From: a virus
Lineage: Duplodnaviria > Caudoviricetes
Virus record (IMG/VR): IMGVR_UViG_3300016722_000004
Span: 1-43,404 of that record
Direction: 5' to 3' (one strand)
DNA length: 43,404 bases
Made by a program: the position numbers and the translations under genes. Position 1 is the first letter of the stretch, and each line of letters opens with the position of its first letter. Positions 34,508-43,404 of this stretch are shown piece by piece. The notes under the pieces are model-generated. The model was not told the origin of the DNA. It saw nothing but the letters and a program-made list of their open reading frames with translations, and searched no databases.

Positions 34508-35677
34508 ATGGGTTACGGAACCGGCGCCCGCAGTCGCCTCATTCACTGCGTTGAGACCGTCGAGGGAACGACCCCTATCGCTCCATCCTGGAAGACCCTA
34601 CGCCGCACCACGGGCGGCTCGGGTATCACGATCTCTCGACAGACGCTCGAGAGCTCCGAGCTCAGGGCTGACCGACAGAGCGCCATCCCCGGCCTCGGAA
34701 ACAAGGGCATAGCGGTCAACGTGCCGCTCGAGTTTTCTTTCGATTCCTTCGACGACTTCCTCGAGTCCATCCTCGCCTCGGCCTTCGCTGTAGCCTACTC
34801 GCTCACGGCCCTTGTCGTGACCGTGGCCGCGGCCGCGAAGACCTTCACCCGCGCGACTGGCTCGTGGATCACCGACGGCGTGAAGGTCGGCGACCACGTC
34901 ACCTTCGGCGGCTTCACCGACGCGGGCAACAACGCGACCTTCATCGTGACGGCTGTCTCCGCCCTGGTCCTCACCTGTGCCGCGGCCTCGGGCCTCGTCA
35001 ACGTGTCTGCCGACGATGGCGTCACGGCGACCACGACCCGCAAGGTGATGTCGAACGGCGTGGCCCGAAAAACCTTCACCATGGAGGAGGGCTTCCTCGA
35101 CCTCGACACGCCCCTCTACCAGGTCGCCCGCGGAGTCATCGCGAACAAGTTCGCCCTCTCCATCAAGAACAACGCGAAGGTCACGGGATCCTTTGATCTC
35201 CTCGGCCTTTCCTCCGAGGACCTCGCCGAGGCTTCCATCGCCGCGAGCGTTGCGGACCCGACCGACACGGACGTGTTCGATTCCTTCACCGGCTCGATCC
35301 TTGAGGGCGGCACGGCCTTCGAGGCCGCACAGTCGCTCGACCTTTCGGTCGACGCTTCGGGCTCGCACAAGTACGCGCTTTATCACGACGACCCGGCCTT
35401 CAATTCCCTCGGCCGCATCAAGATCACGGGCACGCTCACGTCCTTCTTCAAGGACGCAGTTCTCGCCAACAAGTTCCTCAACAAGACGCCCTCGAGCATC
35501 GCCTGGACGCTCACGGACGGCGACGGCAACTCCTACCTCATCACGCTTCCCCACATCGTCTACACCGGCGCCTCTCACACGGTGCCCGAGGACGACATTC
35601 CCCTCTCCCTGCCCTTCACGGCCGGCGTCGATCCGACCACGGGCAAGATGATCTCAATCGAGCGGATTCCCGCGTAA
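34508..35677 (+). CDS. Major tail tube protein with inserted beta domain
   Basis: E...GTTP, SSELRADRQ, EFS..SFDDFLE, ITGTLTSFF; strong SD. Confidence 0.88.
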   Translation: MGYGTGARSRLIHCVETVEGTTPIAPSWKTLRRTTGGSGITISRQTLESSELRADRQSAIPGLGNKGIAVNVPLEFSFDSFDDFLESILASAFAVAYSLTALVVTVAAAAKTFTRATGSWITDGVKVGDHVTFGGFTDAGNNATFIVTAVSALVLTCAAASGLVNVSADDGVTATTTRKVMSNGVARKTFTMEEGFLDLDTPLYQVARGVIANKFALSIKNNAKVTGSFDLLGLSSEDLAEASIAASVADPTDTDVFDSFTGSILEGGTAFEAAQSLDLSVDASGSHKYALYHDDPAFNSLGRIKITGTLTSFFKDAVLANKFLNKTPSSIAWTLTDGDGNSYLITLPHIVYTGASHTVPEDDIPLSLPFTAGVDPTTGKMISIERIPA

Positions 35678-35686
35678 GGAGCAGAC

Positions 35687-36076
35687 ATGGACCTCAAGAG
35701 ATTTGACAGCGTAACCAACGCCGAGACCGGCGTGGAAATGAAACTCCTCGACCCCGTGACCAAGGCCGAGACGGGCGCATCGATCACGCTCTTCGGCGCA
35801 GATTCGGCGCTTCACAAGAGCATTCGAAAGGAGTTCGATGCACGCAACAAAGCGAAGGGTATATCTGTCTCGCCCGAAGAACTCTCCGATCAGACCGCCG
35901 AGCTTCTTGCTCGCATGACGAAGGGGTGGAGCGGCTTCACGCTCGACGGCGAGGAGCTTCCCTTCTCTCAGGAGAAGGCCAAGGAAATCTACAAGGCCTA
36001 TCCCTACATTGCTGATGCCGTCGCAACCTTCATTTTTACGCGTACCAATTTTTTCGGGAGCGCCTCGGCGAGTTAG
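35687..36076 (+). CDS. Tail assembly chaperone (gpG-like)
   Basis: Between tube and TMP; ends NFF at slippery T TTT TTC. Confidence 0.85.
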   Translation: MDLKRFDSVTNAETGVEMKLLDPVTKAETGASITLFGADSALHKSIRKEFDARNKAKGISVSPEELSDQTAELLARMTKGWSGFTLDGEELPFSQEKAKEIYKAYPYIADAVATFIFTRTNFFGSASAS

Positions 36077-36429
36077 TCGAGGCGGTCAAGGCAGAAGCGG
36101 AACTCCGCAAGCCAATCGATCCGAAGAAGCCTTCCCTGGGAACGCTCGGGAAGGCCCTCCAAGATCGGTACGAGAAGACGGGCAAGCGGAGTCCAAAGCT
36201 CGACGCGGTGAAGATTCCCGAGGGCTTCGAATATCTCTTTGCCCTTTTCTGGGAACTGCGATCGGGTGGCACTGAGGGTTTCGGCGGAATCCGTCTCACA
36301 TGGCGCGATCTCGCGGACTACGAAGCGGTGACGGGTATCGCGCTCGACGCGTTCGAAGTCGAGGCGGTTATGAGCATGGATTCGGCCCTGAGAGCGAAGC
36401 TCCAGGAGGAAGCGGACAATGGCAGTTGA
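36049..36429 (+). CDS. Tail assembly chaperone -1 frameshift extension (gpT-like)
   Basis: -1 frame open from 36052 (FRERLGEL...) to 36429. Confidence 0.8.
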   Translation, partial: FFRERLGELVEAVKAEAELRKPIDPKKPSLGTLGKALQDRYEKTGKRSPKLDAVKIPEGFEYLFALFWELRSGGTEGFGGIRLTWRDLADYEAVTGIALDAFEVEAVMSMDSALRAKLQEEADNGS

Positions 36430-38977
36430 GCTGACGACCATAGAGATAGAAACCCGCCTCAAGGGCGCCGAGCAGGCTATATCGCAGCTCCAGGGACTCA
36501 AGACCGCGGGCACCGGGACGGAACAATCGTTTGGCAACTTAGCCATGCGTATTGCCGGGCTTTCGACAGGCTTCAATCTTGCTGTCCAGGTTGGGCAGAA
36601 AGTCGTTTCAACGCTTGTCGATATGGGTAAGGAAAGCATTGCCCTTGCGGCCGATTTCGAGAAGTCGCGCATTACCTGGGGAGTCCTCGTCGGCGATATG
36701 GATAAGGGTTCAGAGATATTCCAAAAGCTCAAGACTTTTTCCAACTCGACTCCACTTTCATTCGCCGGCGTTAATCAGGCTGCAACTACACTGAAGGGAT
36801 TTGGCGTCCAGACTGACGATCTCATCCCAACCATGCAGAAACTTGGCGACGTTGCGATGGGTGACAACAATAAACTGCAGTCTCTCGCCCTCGTCTATGG
36901 CCAGGTTGCCGCGCAGGGGAAAGCAAAGACCCAGGACCTCTATCAGTTTATAAATGCTGGAGTTCCTATCTTCAACCTTTTGGCCGACTCGATGAATGCG
37001 CCTCTCGGTTCTATTAAGACGCTCGCCGCGGAGGGGAAGATCACCTTCGAGCAGATCGAAAAGGCGATCACGAAAGCGACAGATGCAGGCGGACAATTTC
37101 ACGGAATGATGGATAAGACCTCGAAGTCACTTTCCGGAGAATGGTCTACCGCTGTCGATAACTGGAAAGGAGAACTGGCGGACGCTGCTAATAATGTTCT
37201 CCCCACTCTCATCGGCGTACTCGACCGTTACAACGTAGTGATGGAACGCGGAGCTAGAAACGAACAACTAGCAGCAAATAACAAAATAATTTCCGGATAT
37301 CAACCCTGGGTTGAGAGCAACCTTCCTAAGGCTCAACAGCAAAAGGACGTGATTGCTTATTATGAAGCTCTTTCGAATTCAAAGCAGATAAGCGAAGACA
37401 TTCTTGCTGATAAAAATTCGCCAGCCAAAGATCAAGCGGCCGCAACGCGAAATATTAATACTGCCATAGCTTTAATGGGGCGCGTTCATGCCGAATATCG
37501 CGCAGCTATCGCAGCGCAAAAGCCTTCTACGACTACTACCTCGACCAATGGCGATGCTGCGAAGAAGGTTATTGATGAAGTCGCTAGAGATTATGCAAAC
37601 GAAGTACAGAAAATAAAACTAGCCGCCGAGGTCGACGGAACTCCAATAAGCCAGACTAGTATGATGAATGCCGCCCTGTCTGCTGCGAATGAATTGCTAG
37701 ATAAAGGGAAGGGAAATATATCTCCGTCTGACCCTGCGTATAAAAGATATGAAGACCTTGCAAACCAAGCAAAACCCGAGCAGGACGCCATTTATAAAAC
37801 CGCAAAAAGCTACGAAGACGCAACTCAAAAAATCAAAGCGGCGGCCGAGGCCAAGGGAACCTTTGTCAGCCAAACCGACATGGAGAACGAGGCGCTATCC
37901 GCCGCTAATAAACTCCTAGAGGAAGGCAACGGCAAAATTACGACGGGGAGCGAAGAATATCAGCATTATATCGATCTTGCCAAGCTGGCGCATGCATCGC
38001 AGGCGACAGGCAGTGGGCTGCAAGTCGGAAGCGCCATAAGCAATTCGCAGTTTGGCACATATAACCCGCTCAATGCGGATTATCTCAAGACGGCAATGCT
38101 TTCTGGAACAAAAACTGAATCTCAGAAAACCCTCGATGACCTTTCTGCCGAATACGACAAAGTTACAATGTCGGTTGAGGAGTATTACCAGAAGAGAGAA
38201 GGATATTCCGCGACTGATGCTAAAGCTGTCGTCGATTTACAGAAGCAAGTCACGGCCGCTGAGAATTACAAAACCGCCATCGCCGGCATGAAGAATGCCC
38301 TAGTCTCCTCCGGCGAACAGGGCTATGTCGACACCTTCAAGAATCTCGGCGATGCATTCGCGACTGGAGCCAGTGGCGCTGATTCCTTCGCGAATTCTAT
38401 CGCTGACATCGGCAAGAGCATCCTCAACGAAATGCCGCTCCTCCTCTTCCAGGCTGGAATCGCGGCGATAGGTAAGGGCGATACGGCGACGGGTGTTGCG
38501 CTCATCGCGGCCTCGGGCCTTACCTCGATCGCGAGCGGCCTTGCAAGCTCGAGTTCCTCCTCTTCAACCTCGACGGGCACGGCCTACGAGAACGCGCTGG
38601 GCGGCGTCTACAATTCGCCCTCCCTCTCGCGCTACTCCGGCGGCGTCTACGATACCCCTCACTTCTTCGGCTTCGCGAAAGGCGGCGTCTTCGGCGAGGC
38701 TGGTTCCGAGGCGATCATGCCGCTCTCTCGGACCGCAAGCGGGGCCCTTGGCGTGCGCGCTGAAGGCGCGTCGGGCGGCGGGACAGTATTCCAGCTCATT
38801 GACCAGACCTCGAAGAGCGTGAAGGTCAGCACGGAAGAGTCAGTCGGCGCTAATGGCACGAAGACGATTCGCGCAACGCTCACTGACATCGTGAAAAGTG
38901 TCGCCGCCTCGGGAGAACTCGACGCGGCGCTTGCGAGCCGCTACGGAATCGCGCAAGCCGGAAGAAGAGTGAAATGA
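36419..38977 (+). CDS. Tape measure protein
   Basis: 852 aa Ala-rich helical; TPLSF...LGDVAMG..YGQV motif; FAKGG..GEAGSEAIMPL C-terminus. Confidence 0.9.
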   Translation: MAVELTTIEIETRLKGAEQAISQLQGLKTAGTGTEQSFGNLAMRIAGLSTGFNLAVQVGQKVVSTLVDMGKESIALAADFEKSRITWGVLVGDMDKGSEIFQKLKTFSNSTPLSFAGVNQAATTLKGFGVQTDDLIPTMQKLGDVAMGDNNKLQSLALVYGQVAAQGKAKTQDLYQFINAGVPIFNLLADSMNAPLGSIKTLAAEGKITFEQIEKAITKATDAGGQFHGMMDKTSKSLSGEWSTAVDNWKGELADAANNVLPTLIGVLDRYNVVMERGARNEQLAANNKIISGYQPWVESNLPKAQQQKDVIAYYEALSNSKQISEDILADKNSPAKDQAAATRNINTAIALMGRVHAEYRAAIAAQKPSTTTTSTNGDAAKKVIDEVARDYANEVQKIKLAAEVDGTPISQTSMMNAALSAANELLDKGKGNISPSDPAYKRYEDLANQAKPEQDAIYKTAKSYEDATQKIKAAAEAKGTFVSQTDMENEALSAANKLLEEGNGKITTGSEEYQHYIDLAKLAHASQATGSGLQVGSAISNSQFGTYNPLNADYLKTAMLSGTKTESQKTLDDLSAEYDKVTMSVEEYYQKREGYSATDAKAVVDLQKQVTAAENYKTAIAGMKNALVSSGEQGYVDTFKNLGDAFATGASGADSFANSIADIGKSILNEMPLLLFQAGIAAIGKGDTATGVALIAASGLTSIASGLASSSSSSSTSTGTAYENALGGVYNSPSLSRYSGGVYDTPHFFGFAKGGVFGEAGSEAIMPLSRTASGALGVRAEGASGGGTVFQLIDQTSKSVKVSTEESVGANGTKTIRATLTDIVKSVAASGELDAALASRYGIAQAGRRVK

Positions 38978-39339
38978 GCACATCAATAGTTTGGCCGACC
39001 GCGCTTCCGCAGCTCGTCGAGCAGGACGGATTTCAAGAGACGCCACCCAACACGACGATCGTCTCAACGATGGATATCGGGCCTAAGAAGATCAGGCGCC
39101 GCTCAACGAAAGGCGTTCGTGCCTTCTCACAGAAGATGTTCATGACCCAGGAGCAGAAAGACATCTTCGACGCCTTCTATGTGACGACCACGAAGTCGGG
39201 CTCGCTCCATTTCATGTTCCCGCGGCCCGGCTCTGAAGTCTCCACCGAAATGTGGTTCAAGGCCGGCGACACGCCTTCTTATGGCAGCCCCGTGGCCGGG
39301 AATATCTACGTTTCCTTCAGCCTGGAGATGCTCGGATGA
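38974..39339 (+). CDS. Distal tail protein
   Basis: WPTALP, MDIGPKKIRRRST, F.AFY..T..GSL.F. Confidence 0.78.
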   Translation: MSTSIVWPTALPQLVEQDGFQETPPNTTIVSTMDIGPKKIRRRSTKGVRAFSQKMFMTQEQKDIFDAFYVTTTKSGSLHFMFPRPGSEVSTEMWFKAGDTPSYGSPVAGNIYVSFSLEMLG

Positions 39340-39815
39340 GCCGCAGCCTTTCGAATAAGGTTCTCGAGGCGCTCTATGCTTCGCGCACGGGCGCCGTGTT
39401 CTGCGCCCTCATCACGATCTCGCACGAGAAGCTCGCGACGCCGCTCTATCTCACGAACAACGGCGAGGCCCTCACCTTCAACGGCCAGGTCTACGCGCAT
39501 TATCCATTTCAGTTCGACCCGCCCGACGAGAGTGCTTCGACCTTTTCGAATGCGGCCCTTACCATCGACGCGACAGACCAGTCGATCGCGCAGATGATCC
39601 GCGAGCTCGATACTTCGCCGACGATCACCATCGATGCCGTCTATATCTCCGAGGACGAGTGGACGATCGAGAAGGTGGCCTCATATCCCTTCTCCCTCAT
39701 CGACGTGACTGGCGACGCGAACACGATCAAGGGATCGCTCGTCTTCGACACCTTCCTTGACAACGAGATGGGCCCCATCGAGATGACGCCCTCCGTCTGC
39801 CCGGGGGTGAACTAA
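39336..39815 (+). CDS. DUF1833 minor tail protein
   Basis: LITISH..L..PLYLTNN...NGQVY..YPF. Confidence 0.8.
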   Translation: MSRSLSNKVLEALYASRTGAVFCALITISHEKLATPLYLTNNGEALTFNGQVYAHYPFQFDPPDESASTFSNAALTIDATDQSIAQMIRELDTSPTITIDAVYISEDEWTIEKVASYPFSLIDVTGDANTIKGSLVFDTFLDNEMGPIEMTPSVCPGVN

Positions 39816-40207
39816 TGGACGCGAATTCTTTCGTCGGGATTCCGTACAAGCACGGCGCTTGCGGGCACGACGGCTGCGACTGTTGGGGCCTCGTCCGCCT
39901 CGTCGAGATGGAGGCCTTCGGCGTGTTCCTCCCTGCCGTCCAGGATGAGCGCCCGCTCCCCGAGCCGAAGGACATCGCGGCCGAAATCTCCGAGAAGAAA
40001 GAGCTTCTTCCCCTTGAGGTTGTCTCTACGCCTCAGGACGGCGACATCGCGCTCATGCACTACCTCAACGTTCCTTGCCATGTTGGCGTCATCGTCAACG
40101 GGCAACTTCTCCACTCCGACCCACTGTGTCGCGACCTCTCGCGCATGGCCCGCCTCACCGACCCGCGCATTTCCGCGCGAATAGAAGGGTACTACCGTGT
40201 CCGATAA
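39815..40207 (+). CDS. NlpC/P60 tail tip assembly protein (gpK-like)
   Basis: FVGIPY, GCDCWGLV, CHVGV, LLHS. Confidence 0.88.
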   Translation: MDANSFVGIPYKHGACGHDGCDCWGLVRLVEMEAFGVFLPAVQDERPLPEPKDIAAEISEKKELLPLEVVSTPQDGDIALMHYLNVPCHVGVIVNGQLLHSDPLCRDLSRMARLTDPRISARIEGYYRVR

Positions 40208-43200
40208 TCCTGGCAAGATCGTCTTCTATCCTCACCCCTTCACGAACGAAGGCCGCGAGGATTTCGACATCACGAAAGAGACTCGGCTCGCGCTTTTACT
40301 TGAAGAGAAAACCGCGAAGGGCTCTTTCTCCGTCAACGTGAATGGGAAACGAGAACCGCTCGAATCAGCCACAATGAGAGAAGGCGACTTCGCCATCGTG
40401 CGGCGCGTTCCCGAGGGCGCCTCGAGTGCGAGCGCGGATCAACAGCGCGTAGGCGGAAAGATCACGGGATGGTCGGCTGCGGCCGCAATCATCGGTGTGG
40501 CGCTCATGCTTACTGGAAACGTTCCTGCCGGCCTTCAGGTATTCATCACGGGCGTGGCCGGCATGGTAACGGGCGCGCTGGAATACTATGGCTTTGGGGG
40601 CACCTCTTCCTCTTCGGGCACTTCGACGACCCGCCCTGATATCCGCGGTGCATCGAACAGCGCGAGCGCGGGCGGGAAGGTGCCGCTCATCCTCGGAAAG
40701 AATCGCCTCACGCCCTACTATGCGGCCATGCCCTTCACCGATGTATCGATCGGCGACGACGGAAAATACAAATACCTCAACCTCCTCTTCGTCCTCGGCT
40801 ACGGCCAGCTCAAGATCAGCAATATTCGCTTAGGTGAGCTCCTTCTCGCGTCGAATAGTGCCGATGTGCGGAACGGCGCGATCGCCTGCGATGGTCAATA
40901 TGGCGGGGTGTCGATGGAACTCCGCCAGGATGGAGCCCTCCCTGAGAATTATTCCTATGTCGTCCAGGAGCAGTCTCTATCTACCGCCCTCTCGCGCTTC
41001 CACACGTTGAATTTCTCCGTCACGATCGACCCGGCCGCGAAGACGATCACGCGAAACGATGGCGGGAACTGGGGCACGGACGACGTGCTCATCGGCGACT
41101 GCATCGAGATGTTCGGCGCCACGAATGCGGGTAATAATGGAATCTGGATCGTCACGAATGCGACGGCTTCGGTCCTTACCTGCTTCGCCGTGACTTCCTT
41201 CGTTGCCGAGACATTCACTGCGCGCATGAATGTCTTCCCGTCGAATATCGCGGTGTCCTGCGCGAAGACGCGAAGGCTCGGGGTGGAGATCGAATTCGCG
41301 AACGGGCTTCTTACCTGGAATAACGGCGCCAAGAATGACCTCGGCTGCGACGTGCGGGCCTTCTATCGGCTCAAGGGCGCGCAGGGCTGGACCGCGTTCC
41401 CCTCGGGATGGAAGGGCGGCGGGACCATCCTCACGACGACCACCGAGAAAGTATGGGCGACCGCAAAGACCATAACGACCTCGCGGACCGGGAAAACCGA
41501 CAAGCCGTGGACGGCGAGTGAGTCGTTCACCGTCTACACCGATTCGACCAAGCTCATCAATATTCAGGATGGATATGAGCATTCAGGGGACTACAATTTC
41601 CGTGTAGATCCGAATGGCGACAATGGCCTCATCGTCTATGTCGATGGTACGAAATACACGCTCACCGATTCGAAGCTGCTCCTCGTCCTCTCGACCGGGA
41701 GCCATACGATCAAGATCACCTATGGCGCAAGCAACACCTACAACACGGGCGGGACGGTCTATTGCGTCACCGGCGGCGAAACGACCTCGGAGTCCTATCC
41801 TTGGCTCATCACCCGCGCCAAGAACGAGACGCTCCGCTTCTACGCCGAGACCGACCTTCTCCCCGCCGGCCAGTACGAGGTCATGGTCGCCCGTTACACC
41901 GGAGATCGCGACAATACCTCGAGCCTCACCTACGTTGACGGCGTGACCTGGGCTTCGTTCAAGGCATTCACTGAGCGCGAAGTCTGGGAGGAACAGACGC
42001 GCGCGAAGGTCGCATTTCTCTGCGTGAGAATCCGCGCCTCGAATCAGCTCGCGAATACCATCGCCCAGCTCAACCTTATTGCCGAGGGCGTCTATCCCGC
42101 CTATTCCGGCTCGGGCTCGGGCGCTTCCGCGTGGGCTGATGCCGTCACGACGAACCCCGCAGCGGCCTTTCTCTGGCTCATCCGCGGGCCCTTTAATCCG
42201 CGCCCTGTGACGCTTGCCGCCCGCTTCGATTGGGCGGCCCTGGAAGCGTGGTATATGCACTGCGCGGGCAATTTCGCATGTAACGCCGTTCTCTCTTCAG
42301 CATCGACTGCCAAGACGCTCCTGCAAGCCGTCTGCGAGGTCGGAAGGGCGAGCTTCACGCTCAAGGACGGCCTCTTCTCCGTCGCTGAGGATTGCGTCAA
42401 ATCTGATATAAAGCAGCTCATCACGCCGCGCAATTCCTGGGGCTTCTCCTTCTCGAAGAGCTTCGACGAGATTCCCCACGGCCTTCGCGTGACGTTCCGC
42501 AACGAGGACGCCGACTACGCGACCGACGAACGAATCGTCCTCGACGACGACTACCTCTATGACATCGACAACACGGGCGAGCTCGTGGACGCGTGGGGCA
42601 ATGCCTACGCGGTGGGCGCGACGAACCCGGCGACCGGGAACGCCTACAAGCAGGCGACGAAGTTCGAAGCGGTCTCCTACGCCTACACGACCGACCCGGA
42701 GGAGGTTTTCAAGCACGCGCGCTTTACGCTTGCCGTGCGCCGGCTGCGCCCCGAGACGTTCACCGTCAACATGGACATCGAGCAACTCGCCGTGACTCGC
42801 GGCGACCGCGTGAGCGTATCGCATGACGTAGTGTCCTGGGGCCTCGATTGGGGCCGTGTGACGGAACTCGTGAGGGACGCGAACGGGAATGTCACCTCGC
42901 TGTCTTTCGATGAGCCTGTCCCCTTCGAAGTCGGCAAGAGCTACGCCTTCCGCTATCGCACGGCGGCCGGTATCAACTACGCGACATTCTCCGTCGCGGC
43001 GACAGCGGAATATTTGACGATCACCCCCGATGCAGTGATTCCGGCGGTTAATGGCCTCGAGACGGATTCCCTTATCCAGTTCGGTGAGGCCGCGATAGGC
43101 TTCGGGGATTGCGTCGTCGTGGGCGTCGAGCAAGGGGAGGACTATTCCGCAAAGTTGACGCTCGTCGAATACAACCCGGCGATCTTCACGGCCGAGAGTG

Positions 43201-43404
43201 GGACCATCCCGGCGCATGATTCGAAGATCACGAAGCTGGCGACCATCGCGACAGCTTCTGGGGCGGCTGAGACTTCGGAGAACCAGGCAACCGTCCAAGT
43301 TGAGACAGAGACGCAGGCGACGGCGGAAGCCGCCCCGGCCACAGCCACCGCCGCCGCCGCCGCCCCCGCCGCCCGTGCAGCCCCCGCCGCCGCCGCGTCC
43401 GCCC
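40197..43404 (+). CDS. Tail tip/host-specificity protein (gpI+gpJ-like), truncated
   Basis: GTG 40197; ubiquitin-like N-terminus (VNG...EGD.AIVRRVP), TTNPAAAF, ITPRNSWGF, RGDRVSVSHD; appears open to window end. Confidence 0.85.
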   Translation, partial: MSDNPGKIVFYPHPFTNEGREDFDITKETRLALLLEEKTAKGSFSVNVNGKREPLESATMREGDFAIVRRVPEGASSASADQQRVGGKITGWSAAAAIIGVALMLTGNVPAGLQVFITGVAGMVTGALEYYGFGGTSSSSGTSTTRPDIRGASNSASAGGKVPLILGKNRLTPYYAAMPFTDVSIGDDGKYKYLNLLFVLGYGQLKISNIRLGELLLASNSADVRNGAIACDGQYGGVSMELRQDGALPENYSYVVQEQSLSTALSRFHTLNFSVTIDPAAKTITRNDGGNWGTDDVLIGDCIEMFGATNAGNNGIWIVTNATASVLTCFAVTSFVAETFTARMNVFPSNIAVSCAKTRRLGVEIEFANGLLTWNNGAKNDLGCDVRAFYRLKGAQGWTAFPSGWKGGGTILTTTTEKVWATAKTITTSRTGKTDKPWTASESFTVYTDSTKLINIQDGYEHSGDYNFRVDPNGDNGLIVYVDGTKYTLTDSKLLLVLSTGSHTIKITYGASNTYNTGGTVYCVTGGETTSESYPWLITRAKNETLRFYAETDLLPAGQYEVMVARYTGDRDNTSSLTYVDGVTWASFKAFTEREVWEEQTRAKVAFLCVRIRASNQLANTIAQLNLIAEGVYPAYSGSGSGASAWADAVTTNPAAAFLWLIRGPFNPRPVTLAARFDWAALEAWYMHCAGNFACNAVLSSASTAKTLLQAVCEVGRASFTLKDGLFSVAEDCVKSDIKQLITPRNSWGFSFSKSFDEIPHGLRVTFRNEDADYATDERIVLDDDYLYDIDNTGELVDAWGNAYAVGATNPATGNAYKQATKFEAVSYAYTTDPEEVFKHARFTLAVRRLRPETFTVNMDIEQLAVTRGDRVSVSHDVVSWGLDWGRVTELVRDANGNVTSLSFDEPVPFEVGKSYAFRYRTAAGINYATFSVAATAEYLTITPDAVIPAVNGLETDSLIQFGEAAIGFGDCVVVGVEQGEDYSAKLTLVEYNPAIFTAESGTIPAHDSKITKLATIATASGAAETSENQATVQVETETQATAEAAPATATAAAAAPAARAAPAAAASA

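Larger units (their letters stand above)
1..43404. mobile_element. Temperate siphovirus-like phage genome (partial, probably excised form)
   Basis: Integrase with attP, immunity region, replication/recombination genes, terminase-portal-capsid-tail module in canonical order; no host housekeeping genes. Confidence 0.95.

Noticed and set aside
17584-35578. Long antisense ORFs (e.g. 19351-20412, 29286-30464, 30499-31386, 34598-35578)
   Set aside because: Shadows of GC-rich sense genes; no SD or motifs
40197-43404. Diversity-generating retroelement or invertible tail cassette
   Set aside because: No reverse transcriptase, invertase or TR/VR repeat pair seen in the window; the distal tail genes are missing
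43320-43404. GCC-rich repeat at the right end, and the G-run at 1-20
   Set aside because: Low-complexity contig ends; either an Ala-rich linker or poor-quality sequence

Overview
Near-complete (both ends truncated) temperate siphovirus-type phage genome, apparently in excised/circularly permuted form: phage genes lie on both sides of an attP made of the 3' half of tRNA-Pro(TGG), next to a tyrosine integrase. The SSB and lipoprotein style suggest a GC-rich spirochaete host (inference). Order: leftward accessory operons with palindromic operators, a SAM-lyase-like gene and a KorC/Aca-like HTH (1-1.6 kb); attP/integrase; lipoprotein; an immunity switch made of two paralogous ribbon-helix-helix genes; Bro antirepressor and early genes; a ~0.7-1.1 kb highly structured non-coding region with an embedded aberrant tRNA-Leu-like element (8.0-9.05 kb); SLT, DUF5131, SF2 helicase, DUF3560; a single-chain SbcD-SbcC (Mre11-Rad50) fusion, SSB and replication initiator; terminase, portal, head, neck and tail genes up to a truncated tail-tip gene. 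The best candidates for new biology are the large ornate ncRNA, the operator-controlled anti-defence operon, the double kissing-loop attenuator before the initiator, and the fused SbcDC. All family calls come from motif recognition by eye, not from database searches.
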